From positions 2,489-66,488 of the forward strand of contig JAKEHO010000067.1 of NCBI GenBank assembly GCA_022614965.1: 64,000 bases of DNA, in the 5' to 3' direction. The notes below the pieces were generated by a model. That model saw only the letters and a list, made by a program, of their open reading frames with translations, did no database searches and had not been told where the DNA came from. A program made the position numbers and the translations under genes. Origin of the DNA: Gammaproteobacteria bacterium (lineage in GTDB: Bacteria > Pseudomonadota > Gammaproteobacteria > JAKEHO01). This document shows positions 43,643 to 56,364 of this stretch, piece after piece (position 1 is the stretch's first letter; each line of letters starts with the position of its first letter).

Positions 43643-44526
43643 GCTGGCGTGCGACTGAGCGCCTCAATCCGTTCTTCAATAGGCGGATGTGTCATGAATA
43701 GCCTTGAGAGCCCCCGACGGAACTGGCCGGAGACGCCAAAGGCCGCCATCTGGTCCGGTAGTGCCGCCTGACCCATCGGGGAGCGTAGCCGCTCCAAGGC
43801 GTGAATCATCTTATCCCTGCCCGCCAGCCGAGCGCCGCCTGCATCAGCACGGAACTCTCTGTAGCGGCTGAACCACAGAACGATCATGCTTGCCAGTATG
43901 CCAAGCACAATCTGCGCCACGATCGTGGTTATCCAGTACCCAGGCCCGTGACCTCGTTGAGTCTTAAAGATAGCCCGGTCCACGACGTGCCCAATGACAT
44001 ACGACAGGAATACAACAAATGTATTTACGACACCCTGAATCAGCGCGAGCGTTACCATGTCGCCATTGGCGACGTGAGTGACCTCGTGGCCGACCACGGC
44101 TTCCACTTCGTCACGCGTCATACTGGCCAAGAGCCCGGTACTGATCGCGACCAGCGCATGATTTCGGTCCATCCCGGTTGCAAATGCATTGAGGTGGGAC
44201 GCATCATAGATAGCAACGTCAGGCATGCCAATGCCAGCATCACGCGCCTGCCTCGCCACCGTATCCACAAGCCACGCCTCTGTTGCGCTGGCAGGTCGCT
44301 GAATCACGCGCGCGCCGGTCATGCGCATCGCCATCCACTTCGATAGCGCCAACGAGATGAATGAGCCCATCATGCCAATAACCGCCGCCATCACGAGCAT
44401 GGCATTGAGGTTCAAGTTTACGCCCTGCTCATCAAGAACTCCCTGTATTCCGAAGATCTTCATGACGATGCCAAGTACGACGACGATCGCCACATTGGTG
44501 GCAAGAAAGAGTACGATACGTAACAT
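43639..44526 (-). CDS. htpX: membrane Zn metalloprotease HtpX
   Basis: [33 protein letters not shown]; AGGAG RBS. Confidence 0.96.
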   Translation of the reverse strand: MLRIVLFLATNVAIVVVLGIVMKIFGIQGVLDEQGVNLNLNAMLVMAAVIGMMGSFISLALSKWMAMRMTGARVIQRPASATEAWLVDTVARQARDAGIGMPDVAIYDASHLNAFATGMDRNHALVAISTGLLASMTRDEVEAVVGHEVTHVANGDMVTLALIQGVVNTFVVFLSYVIGHVVDRAIFKTQRGHGPGYWITTIVAQIVLGILASMIVLWFSRYREFRADAGGARLAGRDKMIHALERLRSPMGQAALPDQMAAFGVSGQFRRGLSRLFMTHPPIEERIEALSRTPA

Positions 44527-44698
44527 AGTTATGCTCCTACCGATGTGATCGGTCCATGGAACCATTCTGAAGAACAAATGTATTTGGACATCGCCCTTGT
44601 TTAGCCGAGGTGCGGATAAGACATCCCACTTTTGTATCTAGCAAGACACGCTGCGCTGCCTAGCACTCCCGGTTTTAGGATGAGCGAACTTCCTCCTG

Positions 44699-46948
44699 TC
44701 AATCCGCTGCGCTCTCCATCAATACCACATGTCGAAAGCCACGTGGTAGTACCCTGCCACGCTGGGCGCGCTCGCCCACATAATGCTCGAGATCCAAGTT
44801 CTTCAATGTCAAATGGCGTTGGCCGGAGTAGAGGATCAACGCCCCACCCGCAGGCACAACGGTTACAGCCGCTACGGTCTCTTCACTCCCCGCCAGCCTC
44901 GCTGGCGGGATCTGGATAATCTTTAACCCTTTGCCTTTGGACAGCCTAGGCAACTCACTGATCGGAAAGATCAACAACCTCCCCCGAGTTGTGACCGCCG
45001 CGACACGATCGCTCTCAAAATCTGTCAGGGGGGCGGGTTGAAGCACCTTGGCTGAGCCCGGCACGCTCAATACGGCCTTCCCCGCCTTATTCTTTGCGTA
45101 AAGCGATTCAAGGCTCGCGACAAAACCGTAACCGGCATCGGTTGCCAGCAGCAAGAGGGCCTCGGGCTGGCCGAGCATCACGCCATCAAATGTCACCCCC
45201 TCCGGCGGCGCCAGTCGGCCCGATAACGGCTCCCCTAGCCCGCGAGCGGAAGGTAGCGAGTAAGCTGGCAACGAGTAACACCTCCCAGACGAATCGACGA
45301 ATACAGCCAGTTGATTGCTCCGCCCGTGTGCGACTGCCTTGAATTGATCGCCTGCCCGATAGCTTAATGTACGCGGTTCAATGTCATAGCCCTTGGCGGC
45401 TCTAATCCATCCCTTGTCCGATAAAATAACCGTGATCGGCTCGGTCGGAATCAAGGCAGTCTCATCCAGGATCTGTGCCTGCGCCCGTTCGACGATAGGC
45501 GAGCGACGTTCGTCACCAAATCGTTCCCCATCATCCTGGATTTGCTGAACGATTACTTTTTTCAAACGCTGCTTCGATATCAAAGTCTTGTGGAGCTCCT
45601 GTCTCTCCTTCGAGAGTTCTTCCTGCTCCTTACGTATTCTCATCTCTTCGAGCTTTGCAAGATGGCGAAGCTTGAGTTCCAAGATTGCCTCAGCTTGCTC
45701 ATCGTCGAGTTTAAAGCGGGTCATTAACATTGGCTTTGGATCGTCTTCTTTGCGGATTATCACGATCACCTTATTTACGTTGACATAGACATGCAGGAAC
45801 CCATCGAGGATATGCAGGCGCTTAGTCACCTGGTCCAGACGGTTATGCAGCCGACGTCGCGTGGTTTCAACCCGGAAATCCAGCCACTCCGAAAGGATAT
45901 TTTTCAAATTCTTCACCTGGGGCCGCCCGTTCATTCCGATCATGTTCAGGTTCACCCGATAACTACGTTCTAAATCTGTAGTAGCAAAGAGATGAGCCAT
46001 CAGCATTTCAACGTCCACCCTGTTCGAACGAGGGACCAGTACCAACCGCGTGGGATTTTCGTGATCCGATTCATCACGCAGATCTTCCAGCATGGGCAGT
46101 TTCTTAGCATTCATTTGGCTGGCGATCTGTTCTAGGATCTTTACGCCTGAACTCTGGTAGGGCAGCGCATTAATAATAATGTTGCCTTCTTCGCGCTCGT
46201 AGCGTGCCCGGATTCGAATAGAACCCATGCCAGTCTCGTACATCTTAACCATCTCAGCGCGGGGTGTAATGATCTCCGCATCGGTTGGAAAGTCAGGGCC
46301 CTTAATATGTTCACAAAGCTGTCTGACACTGGTCCTCGGATCTTCCAGCACACGTATACAGGCACTCGCGACTTCTCTCACATTATGTGGTGGAATATCA
46401 GTGGCCATGCCGACTGCAATGCCCGTGCTGCCGTTAAGAAGGACGTGAGGCAAGCGCGCAGGCAGGATCTTGGGTTCATTAAGCGTCCCGTCAAAGTTAG
46501 GCATCCAGTCGACGGTACCGAGATTGATCTCCTCCAATAACAGCTCTGCAAACTCTGTCAACTTGGCCTCGGTATAACGCATCGCAGCAAATGACTTCGG
46601 ATCGTCCATGGAGCCCCAGTTCCCCTGCCCATCGATAAGGGAATACCGGTACGAAAACGGCTGTGCCATCAGGACCATTGCTTCATAGCAGGCGGAATCG
46701 CCATGCGGATGATATTTGCCGATGACATCACCCACTGTACGCGCTGATTTCTTATACTTCGCGCTCGCCTTCAGTGCCAGTTCCGACATCGCATAAACGA
46801 TCCGCCGCTGCACAGGTTTGAGTCCATCCCCAATGTGAGGGAGCGCCCGATCGAGGATGACGTACATGGAATAATCCAGATACGCCCGCTCAGCAAACTG
46901 ATGCACTGCTTGTTGCTCAATATGCTCGGAAATCGTCTCATTGCTCAT
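44699..46948 (-). CDS. parC: DNA topoisomerase IV subunit A
   Basis: [36 protein letters not shown]. Confidence 0.96.
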   Translation of the reverse strand: MSNETISEHIEQQAVHQFAERAYLDYSMYVILDRALPHIGDGLKPVQRRIVYAMSELALKASAKYKKSARTVGDVIGKYHPHGDSACYEAMVLMAQPFSYRYSLIDGQGNWGSMDDPKSFAAMRYTEAKLTEFAELLLEEINLGTVDWMPNFDGTLNEPKILPARLPHVLLNGSTGIAVGMATDIPPHNVREVASACIRVLEDPRTSVRQLCEHIKGPDFPTDAEIITPRAEMVKMYETGMGSIRIRARYEREEGNIIINALPYQSSGVKILEQIASQMNAKKLPMLEDLRDESDHENPTRLVLVPRSNRVDVEMLMAHLFATTDLERSYRVNLNMIGMNGRPQVKNLKNILSEWLDFRVETTRRRLHNRLDQVTKRLHILDGFLHVYVNVNKVIVIIRKEDDPKPMLMTRFKLDDEQAEAILELKLRHLAKLEEMRIRKEQEELSKERQELHKTLISKQRLKKVIVQQIQDDGERFGDERRSPIVERAQAQILDETALIPTEPITVILSDKGWIRAAKGYDIEPRTLSYRAGDQFKAVAHGRSNQLAVFVDSSGRCYSLPAYSLPSARGLGEPLSGRLAPPEGVTFDGVMLGQPEALLLLATDAGYGFVASLESLYAKNKAGKAVLSVPGSAKVLQPAPLTDFESDRVAAVTTRGRLLIFPISELPRLSKGKGLKIIQIPPARLAGSEETVAAVTVVPAGGALILYSGQRHLTLKNLDLEHYVGERAQRGRVLPRGFRHVVLMESAAD

Positions 46949-47025
46949 ATCAATTAACACTTATTTACCGGATAGGCTTGAAGGCCCGCTCTCCCTACCG
47001 CCATGTGTGGGCTAGACTTAGCACA

Positions 47026-48942
<1,917 letters not shown>

Positions 48943-49164
48943 TTAACAAATGACCACGCAACTAATGAGTGTGTACGAACTCAGCAACACGGCACAATCG
49001 TGTTGAGCGATGTCGGGTTACATGCAAACGAGTGACTAATAGATCAATGATCGGACTGAACAAAGATATATATATACAACCAAGTGGTTTCTATCTCAGC
49101 CGGTGAAAAAAAGCAAGCCAAGAAACTAATGACGCAGTACATGGATTTCGTTATGCACCGACCT

Positions 49165-49505
49165 TTAGTCGAGGTCTTGAAGAAGTGATACGCGAATATC
49201 TTCTGCAATGAAATCTACCTGGTAGCAATAGTTCTAATGATCGATCCCCATGCTGACATGGACCCTTGCCTTCAAGGCAGCCCCCATAGTGCGCGTTAAT
49301 TCAATGCGGAGAAAGTGCACGGACGACGTTTTGCTTTCGTCCGATCTATGCAGTCTTCGTCTGCAATTGCGAAAACAGGTTCAAAATCACCAACCATTAC
49401 CCATACGCGATCTTCAATTCCAGCCAGCTTGGCGAGCGTAGCTTTTCGTTCTTCGACATTTTTATATGCCAGCATCAGAGGCGCCTTCCAGTTGCTGCCA
49501 CCGGG
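49165..49505 (-). pseudogene. DUF3501-family gene remnant (C-terminal half, frameshifted, with internal TAG)
   Basis: Hand translation: GSNWKAPLMLAYKNVEERKATLAKLAGIEDRVW...AIADED, then frameshift, KTSSVHFLRIEL...GIDH*NY...SLLQDLD*. Confidence 0.8.
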
Positions 49506-49908
49506 TAGAATTCAGGATCTTGGCACGGGCTCGCGTCCCGCCGTTTTTATACTTCACGGCCTTGGCTCGCAGCATGAGGTGGGGAAAATCAACATTCCAC
49601 GGATTTGGCGGCACATAGTGGCACTTGGTCATAAAACACAGATCACACAGATAACAGTGATCGACGACCTGCCAATAATCTTCCTTGGCCACACCGTCAA
49701 TTTCCATGGTCTCCGATCGATCAAAAAGCGTTGGAAAGGCGTTGCAGAGGCTCACGCAACGCCGGCAGCCATGACAGATATCGAACACCCGATCCAATTC
49801 CTTTACCAGGGATCCCTCGTTATAGAAATCGGGATCTTGCCAGTTGATTGGATGACGTGTCGGAGCTTCTAGGCTCCCTTCGCGATGTCCGTTTGGAAGT
49901 TTAGACAT
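49506..49908 (-). pseudogene. truncated rubrerythrin-associated Fe-S oxidoreductase (GlpC-like)
   Basis: EGSLEAPTRHP, CHGCRRCVSLC, CYLCDLCFMTKC, VDFPHLMLRAKA; ends abruptly at the DUF3501 remnant. Confidence 0.85.
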
Positions 49909-49967
49909 GGTGCCTCACCTTACATTGGCCTCCCTTTCTGAGAACTGAGATTTTGACGCACAAAACG

Positions 49968-49997
49968 ATGAAGCCGGGCACACGATCCCGGCTTCAT
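49968..49997 (-). terminator. stem-loop after the rubrerythrin remnant
   Basis: ATGAAGCCGGG-N8-CCCGGCTTCAT perfect 11-bp stem, followed by CGTTTT on the minus strand. Confidence 0.7.
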
Positions 49998-50033
49998 ATG
50001 CATCAGCCTATTCCGTAACTGCGCGCTATGCCA

Positions 50034-50218
50034 TTATTCCAACGCGTCCAGGGCCTTCTTAAAACTGTTGGCGTGAGAGCGCTCAGCCTTGGCAAGTGTC
50101 TCAAACCCCTCGGCTATATCCGCGTTCTGGGCAAAATACAGAGAGCGGCGCTTCGCCTGCGATTCGCCAGCAAATGCCGCTCTCAAATTCTCCTCCGTCC
50201 GCTGCCTTTTAGTGTCAT
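50034..50218 (-). pseudogene. rubrerythrin pseudogene (frameshift plus internal deletion)
   Basis: GAGG-ATG gives MTLKGS, then a frameshift to TEENLRAAFAGESQA..., fused directly to FETLAKAERSHANSFKKALDAL. Confidence 0.85.
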
Positions 50219-50277
50219 GGAACCTCGTCGCCTTGTTGTCAGGTGGCTCGGCCCGCATGCGCGAACCCGGTGGTAGT

Positions 50278-50292
50278 CTAGACTCATTCTAA
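50278..50292 (-). promoter_or_regulatory. PerR/Irr/Fur-family 7-1-7 box candidate upstream of rubrerythrin
   Basis: TTAGAAT-G-AGTCTAG versus the ideal palindrome TTAGAAT-N-ATTCTAA; lies downstream of TGGTATAAA. Confidence 0.45.
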
Positions 50293-50445
50293 TACAGAGA
50301 AAAATTTATACCACAGCCTCTACCCCCTCAACAGCAACACTCCGTAGGATCGCCGACAGGATCCCATTCCCATCGGGGAGCGGTTCTCCATTGACCGGTT
50401 CTTACGGGGGCGTTAACGTAGACCTGAATCCAATGAGGACAGGCT

Positions 50446-50694
50446 GTGCCTAAGGAGAAACGCAGTAGCTTTCACTTCGAGCGCGCCCTCGGGGAGCTGG
50501 AGAAACTGGTGGAAAAGATGGAGGGAGGGGACTTGACCCTGGAAGAATCTCTTAAATGCTTTGAGCGGGGCATCGAGCTGACAAAGGCCTGTCAAAAAGC
50601 ACTGGCTGATGCCGAGCAAAAGGTACAGATCCTGCTGGAGAAGGACGGCAAGGCAGAGCTGCAACCCTTCAACCCGGACGACGACATCGCTTAG
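50446..50694 (+). CDS. xseB: exodeoxyribonuclease VII small subunit
   Basis: FE.AL.ELE.LV..ME.G.L.LEESL..FERG..L...CQ..L..AEQKV. Confidence 0.95.
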   Translation: MPKEKRSSFHFERALGELEKLVEKMEGGDLTLEESLKCFERGIELTKACQKALADAEQKVQILLEKDGKAELQPFNPDDDIA

Positions 50695-50699
50695 TTCCC

Positions 50700-51590
50700 A
50701 TGGCGCTTGCTGAACTTATGCAGGAATATAAATTCTGCGTAGAGACGGCGCTCGAGTACTGGCTTCCGCCGATCACCATACAGCCTACCCATCTGCACAG
50801 GGCCATGCGTTATGCGGTCCTTGGGGATGGAAAACGGATCAGGCCTATGCTTGTCTATATCACCGGCCAATCGCTTGGCGTGGAGACGGCGGCCTTGAAC
50901 GGGCCAGCATGCGCAGTCGAATTCATACACGCCTATTCTCTGATTCATGACGATTTGCCTGCCATGGATAACGATGATTTGCGCCGTGGGAGACCCACCT
51001 GCCATAAGGCCTTTGATGAGGCAACCGCTATCCTTGCGGGCGATGCGCTGCAGGCGCTTGCCTTCCACGTTTTGTCCCACGATCATCACATCACTGTCGA
51101 TGCACAACAGCGGCTCGCAATGATCGACGCCTTGGCGCAGGCGAGTGGGTCTCGCGGCATGGCCGGCGGGCAGGCGATTGATCTTGCCGCAGTGGGGCGC
51201 GACTTAAACATTGCTGAGCTCGAAAACATGCATATCCATAAGACCGGTGCGTTGATCCACGCAAGTGTGAAGCTTGGGGCGCTATCACTGCCCAGGGTTA
51301 GCAAAGATTGGTTAGACCACCTTGAGCACTATGCCAATTGTATCGGCCTTGCATTTCAAATACATGATGACATCCTCGATGTCGAAGGTGATACGGCCAC
51401 CCTCGGGAAACCACAAGGTTCTGACATTGCGCAAAATAAGCCGACGTATCCAAATCTGCTTGGCCTAAACGGCGCCAAACAAGCAGCGAGGGATTTACAT
51501 GAGCAAGCGCTAAATAGCCTTAATGCCCTAGGAAAGAGAGCTGATCCATTGCGATGGATTGCGGATTACATCGTGGAGCGAGATAAATAA
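50700..51590 (+). CDS. ispA: farnesyl diphosphate synthase
   Basis: GKRIRP, HAYSLIHDDLPAMDNDDLRRG, KTG, FQIHDDILD. Confidence 0.95.
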   Translation: MALAELMQEYKFCVETALEYWLPPITIQPTHLHRAMRYAVLGDGKRIRPMLVYITGQSLGVETAALNGPACAVEFIHAYSLIHDDLPAMDNDDLRRGRPTCHKAFDEATAILAGDALQALAFHVLSHDHHITVDAQQRLAMIDALAQASGSRGMAGGQAIDLAAVGRDLNIAELENMHIHKTGALIHASVKLGALSLPRVSKDWLDHLEHYANCIGLAFQIHDDILDVEGDTATLGKPQGSDIAQNKPTYPNLLGLNGAKQAARDLHEQALNSLNALGKRADPLRWIADYIVERDK

Positions 51591-51776
51591 TCTGTCTGGC
51601 AACCCAATAGCTATTTATTCTGGAAAGCGGCTCCCGGAACGTTCATCCACTGTGGCAGACGTTCATGGAACCGAGTAAAATGCGACCGAGCTGGAACCGA
51701 TGCAGATCGTCTTCTTGGTAATTGAGCAAGGCCCAATGGCACGAAAGGGACGTTAGTCCTTGAGGAACTTCAGATC

Positions 51777-52604
51777 ATGAATCGGCCAATCCCTTTGATA
51801 TCGCCGATCGCTGACCTGCAGAGCAGGACCGATACGCGGCAAATTCCCATCGACAAGGTCGGTATCAAGGATATCCGTCACCCAATCGTCATTGCGGATA
51901 GAGCAGGTCGCGAGCAACACACCGTCGCGACATTCAACATGTATGTGAATTTGCCGCACAGCTTCAAGGGGACGCACATGTCCCGCTTTGTCGAAATCCT
52001 TAATAACAATGAATACGAAATCACCGTCAAATCGTTCAAGCAAATGATCAGGGAAATGTCTCAGCTTCTAAAGGCTGAATCCGGACATATTGAGATGTCC
52101 TTCCCCTATTTTGTCACGAAATCTGCGCCGGTATCCGGAGTCAAGAGTCTGTTGGACTACGAAGTCACATTCATAGGGCAGACTGTGAACAACGAACCAA
52201 CTGTCCTCGTTAAAGTCGTAGTTCCGATAACCACATTATGTCCCTGCTCTAAGGAGATTTCCGAATATGGCGCACATAACCAGCGATCACACGTAACAGT
52301 CTGTGTGCGCACTCGCGACTTCATTTGGATTGAGGAACTAATTGATATGGTCGAAAAGGTCGCATCCTGCGAGCTTTATGGCCTGTTAAAACGTCCAGAC
52401 GAAAAATACGTCACCGAACGCGCCTATGATAATCCAAAGTTCGTAGAAGATATCGTTCGCGATGTAGCAATACAATTGAATGCCGATGATCGTATCGGCG
52501 CGTACTCCGTGGAGTCTGAGAATTTCGAGTCTATCCACAACCACTCGGCATACGCGATGCTGGTACGGGATAAAGACGCGGACAAGACCGAAGACCCGCT
52601 ATAG
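51777..52604 (+). CDS. folE2: GTP cyclohydrolase IB
   Basis: [36 protein letters not shown]. Confidence 0.95.
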   Translation: MNRPIPLISPIADLQSRTDTRQIPIDKVGIKDIRHPIVIADRAGREQHTVATFNMYVNLPHSFKGTHMSRFVEILNNNEYEITVKSFKQMIREMSQLLKAESGHIEMSFPYFVTKSAPVSGVKSLLDYEVTFIGQTVNNEPTVLVKVVVPITTLCPCSKEISEYGAHNQRSHVTVCVRTRDFIWIEELIDMVEKVASCELYGLLKRPDEKYVTERAYDNPKFVEDIVRDVAIQLNADDRIGAYSVESENFESIHNHSAYAMLVRDKDADKTEDPL

Positions 52605-53714
52605 AAATAGCGTCAAAACGCCCGTATAACCATATAGGCGATTATTCGATATCTCCCCATTGGCATAGAAACCGACCAACGGAATATTGCCCAGCGCTTC
52701 CTGAACCGTTTTCAATTCACGTGAATCCGGACCAAACTGGGCTCTGCCACGCCCGATACACGAATAGTAAACCCCACCTTTTGGTATCCCTTTGTCAGGC
52801 CTAATTTCTTCCAGCATTCTTAGCAAATCTTGATAGGCAGTGTCCGCATCGCGCCGGCAAAACATGATGTCACTGCCAGGCACAGCGCTTGCCCCAATGG
52901 CTAGGAGCTTGTTTGGCACATCGACACCTACAATATGCCTAACGAGATAATCACCTGTATCGGCACCCGCAACAGGTAAACCTACGAAAATGTAGCCACC
53001 GATCGTCTCAAGCTCATGTGAGAGAACCTCGCCAATATCGTCCTTGAAGACCTCAAGGGCGGGTTGCCCATCCAGACTAATTAAAATATTTCCGTCACAG
53101 GCAGTAATTGTATGTCGCTTGCCAATTGGCGAGCAGCCCTGAGTCAGCCTCGTCGAGACTACTACATCCGGCGAAAACAAGACGCCGGATATCCCTCCGC
53201 TGGTGAGGATATCGGCAATCTGAGGAAACTCGCCGCGCGAACTGGTAAGCCCGCCCACCAGAAATCCGCTTTCCATTGCCTGCGCCAGCTGAACCACCAA
53301 GTCTGGCACGTGGCCATTGCGTGGGTCGCCGTGCACGATCCCGAAAGGCGTCGGCACTGCGCTGCCCTCTGGTGGATGAAATAGTTCGAGGCGTGCAACA
53401 TTAGCGTTAGGTGTGCCGAAGATTCGAAACGCATCTTCCGGAAATGCCGATAGCATGATCGCCATAGCTGGACAATCGTAATACTCGCATCCCGTGGCAC
53501 AGATCCCCATACCCACAGTGCCAACCCAGTGCTGAATACCACACTGATTTTTGAGATAAACAAGAATCTCGCTGAGATGGGGGGCTAACCAATCTGTAAC
53601 GTATAAAAAGCCGAGATTTGCCGTTGAAGCTGAGCGGCCCGTCTGTGACAGGCAAGCCTTTGCCGCTTCCTGCCAGCTACCGGCGCTCGCATGCCCGAAA
53701 CGGAAGGCTTCCAC
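52599..53714 (-). CDS. FIST N+C domain protein
   Basis: [44 protein letters not shown]. Confidence 0.85.
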   Translation of the reverse strand: MEAFRFGHASAGSWQEAAKACLSQTGRSASTANLGFLYVTDWLAPHLSEILVYLKNQCGIQHWVGTVGMGICATGCEYYDCPAMAIMLSAFPEDAFRIFGTPNANVARLELFHPPEGSAVPTPFGIVHGDPRNGHVPDLVVQLAQAMESGFLVGGLTSSRGEFPQIADILTSGGISGVLFSPDVVVSTRLTQGCSPIGKRHTITACDGNILISLDGQPALEVFKDDIGEVLSHELETIGGYIFVGLPVAGADTGDYLVRHIVGVDVPNKLLAIGASAVPGSDIMFCRRDADTAYQDLLRMLEEIRPDKGIPKGGVYYSCIGRGRAQFGPDSRELKTVQEALGNIPLVGFYANGEISNNRLYGYTGVLTLFL

Positions 53715-53942
53715 CCTTAATTCTCCGCCCGCGCGACAGGGATGTTATCGGGACTCACAAAACTTACTTAGCTCGCATTCCATCATCGCAAAAGTAAAGA
53801 CTGATTACGAGGCCGCGTTCGTTACTTGCTGCCTAGGCAAGGGCCTAAGGGCACCCTATCTTAGAGACGCAGCTCGTCGGGTCTTTGACCCCCTTGCGCC
53901 GTCGGATTAGTATCAAGCATCTATTAACCGGCTTTTTCGCCA

Positions 53943-54548
53943 GTGCGAACTACCGTGAACGGAGTGCCCAACCCAACCCCCAAAGCGGGCGATGCACTGA
54001 TCGTCGTGGATCTCCAGAACGACTTCCTCCCAGGCGGTGCTCTTGAGGTTCCAGGAGGTGATCAAGTTGTACCAATCATGAACCGCTACATTACGCGTTT
54101 CCGAGACGAGGGGCTCCCGATCTTCATAACACGCGACTGGCACCCAGCGAATCACTGCTCCTTTGCGTTTCGGGGCGGGCCGTGGCCTCCCCACTGTGTG
54201 GTGGAAACTCCGGGAGCGCAGTTTGCACAAGCATTGATCATTCCAAAGAATGTCACGATCGTATCCAAGGCAACCCAACCAGATAAGGAAGCTTATTCTG
54301 ATTTCCAAGATACTAATCTGGATCTAGAACTGCGTTCGCGAGATATCGCCCGTCTTTTCGTCGGTGGTCTAGCCACCGATTACTGTGTTCTCTACACGGT
54401 CAGGGACGCCATCAAGCATGGATACGACGTGGTGCTTCTAGAGGACGCCATTCGCGCTGTAAACGTAAACCCCGATGATGGAGAGAAGGCGGAAAAAGAG
54501 ATGCGAGAGTTGGGCGCTCGGCCGATCCGATACGAGATGATGGCCTGA
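53943..54548 (+). CDS. pncA: nicotinamidase/pyrazinamidase
   Basis: VDLQNDF.PGG.L, DWHP..H, WPPHCV, GLATDYCV. Confidence 0.93.
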   Translation: MRTTVNGVPNPTPKAGDALIVVDLQNDFLPGGALEVPGGDQVVPIMNRYITRFRDEGLPIFITRDWHPANHCSFAFRGGPWPPHCVVETPGAQFAQALIIPKNVTIVSKATQPDKEAYSDFQDTNLDLELRSRDIARLFVGGLATDYCVLYTVRDAIKHGYDVVLLEDAIRAVNVNPDDGEKAEKEMRELGARPIRYEMMA

Positions 54549-55888
54549 TGCACCTTTGCAATAGCCCCCTGCTAACGGATCTTTATCAACTGACCATGCT
54601 GCAGGGCTATTTCGACCAGGGCATGACGGATCAAGCTGTGTTCGAGTTCTTTGTTCGCAAGCTACCTCCAAAACGCAATTTCCTGATCGCAGCGGGTCTT
54701 GAGCAGGCTCTTGAATTTCTCGAAGGCTTTGCATTCACTACCGATGAACTTGACTGGCTAGCAGATTGCGGTCACCACTTTAGCGAAGACTTCTTGGATT
54801 TCTTGGGAGACTTGCGGTTCACTGGTGACGTTCATGCCATGCCAGAGGGGACTATTTTCTTTCCAGATGAGCCCATCCTCCGCATCACGGCACCCATACC
54901 TGAGGCGCAGATCGTGGAATCGCGCATTATCAACTTACTTCAATTCCAGACACTCATCGCGTCGAAGGCAATTCGTTCCGTGCTCGCAGCGCCTAACAAA
55001 TTCCTAGTGGATTTCGGCCTGCGGCGCTCCCATGGTGCAGAAGCTGGATTATTGGCTGCGCGTGCCTGCTACATGGTAGGCTTTTCCGGCACAGCTACCG
55101 TGCTTGCGGACAAGGTGTTCGGTATTCCCACTTATGGCACCATGGCGCATTCATTCGTGATGGCCCACGAAGACGAGGCCATTGCCTTTCAACACTTCGC
55201 AAAAAGCCAGCCCGATAATGTCACTCTGCTCATCGACACCTACGATGAGTCAGCTGCCATCGACAAGATCATTCGGCTGGCTCCGTCCCTGAAGCGGAGC
55301 GGGATTTACATCAACGCCGTACGGATCGACAGTGGCGATCTCGGTAAAACCGCCATCATGGTTCGTGAAATGCTCGATAAAGGGGGCCTTGGCGATACCC
55401 AGATCTTTGCTAGCGGCGATCTCGATGAGACAGCACTCGAGCGATTGCTTCGTGAGCGAGCCCCTATCGATGGCTTTGGGGTTGGTACACGAATGAGCAC
55501 TTCTGAGGACGCTCCCTCTCTCAACTGTGCCTACAAATTGCAGGAATACGCAGGACGGGCGCGGCGCAAACGTTCAGCTGGCAAACAAACATGGCCCGGA
55601 CGCAAACAAGTTTACCGCCTTTACAACGGGGCCGGCACCGTGGACCACGACGTCCTCGCACTCGAGGACGAACGACAGGACGGAGAGGCCTTAATCCAGT
55701 GCGTCATGCAGGGCGGTCAGCGAGTGTCATCCTCAGCCACGCTCACAGAAATCAGAGAGCGCGTCATGACCTCCGTGTGCCGCCTACCTTCGCAATTCCG
55801 ACAGATTGATGAGAGCGTAGCCTTCAAGGTCCAAATCTCTCAACGCCTCCAAGAGCTAACCCACGCATTGGATCAAGAGCTGCATTGA
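54548..55888 (+). CDS. pncB: nicotinate phosphoribosyltransferase
   Basis: LLTDLYQLTM, DFGLRR, GTMAHSF, LIDTYD, RIDSGD, GFGVGT; TGATG coupling to pncA. Confidence 0.95.
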   Translation: MHLCNSPLLTDLYQLTMLQGYFDQGMTDQAVFEFFVRKLPPKRNFLIAAGLEQALEFLEGFAFTTDELDWLADCGHHFSEDFLDFLGDLRFTGDVHAMPEGTIFFPDEPILRITAPIPEAQIVESRIINLLQFQTLIASKAIRSVLAAPNKFLVDFGLRRSHGAEAGLLAARACYMVGFSGTATVLADKVFGIPTYGTMAHSFVMAHEDEAIAFQHFAKSQPDNVTLLIDTYDESAAIDKIIRLAPSLKRSGIYINAVRIDSGDLGKTAIMVREMLDKGGLGDTQIFASGDLDETALERLLRERAPIDGFGVGTRMSTSEDAPSLNCAYKLQEYAGRARRKRSAGKQTWPGRKQVYRLYNGAGTVDHDVLALEDERQDGEALIQCVMQGGQRVSSSATLTEIRERVMTSVCRLPSQFRQIDESVAFKVQISQRLQELTHALDQELH

Positions 55889-56364
55889 GGGTAGATGCGC
55901 GAGGGCATTCTGTTACCGCCGCCCCAGAGGCCGCCTGTACAGAAAAGGCTGCATGCCGCTTTTTCTTAGGCTTGTTGTCGCTTCCATCGATGGGGGTCCC
56001 AACGAGCTCCACACGCGAGGTCAGACTAATTGCACCAGACAGCTTCCAGGCGAAGCCAATGTGTCGCGCTTCGACGCTTAGGATTGGTATGGAAGACCCG
56101 TATTGCGTCCCCGACCGGCGCCATTCCCGGGGATCGGTTACCGAGTTCGGCATGGCTTGATGGCCATGGAGATGTCGTTTCACTGGAGGGAAGCCAACCA
56201 TCATCATTCAATATTAATGTAATCAGTTTAAAGAGTCCCTCAGAGCAGTCGCATAGTTTAGCCCTTGTGGCGCGGCCGTACCCAGTGGATCGGCGCGCCT
56301 TCGAACCCTTTTTGGCTCCGACGGCGTTTAAATCAACAAGCCCATGTAACGCCAAGGAGCGACT

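Noticed and set aside
50034-50258. 74-aa ORF as a functional 'half-rubrerythrin' with a single ExxH
   Set aside because: The native RBS and ATG (50218, MTLKGS) are out of frame with the body, the conserved RRYLYF reads RRSLYF, and the partner genes are also ruined, so it is a pseudogene
53879-53891. GGGTC-TTT-GACCC palindrome upstream of pncA as an NrtR operator
   Set aside because: Spacing is GT-N5-AC rather than the GT-N7-AC NrtR core, and it is too short to support a call
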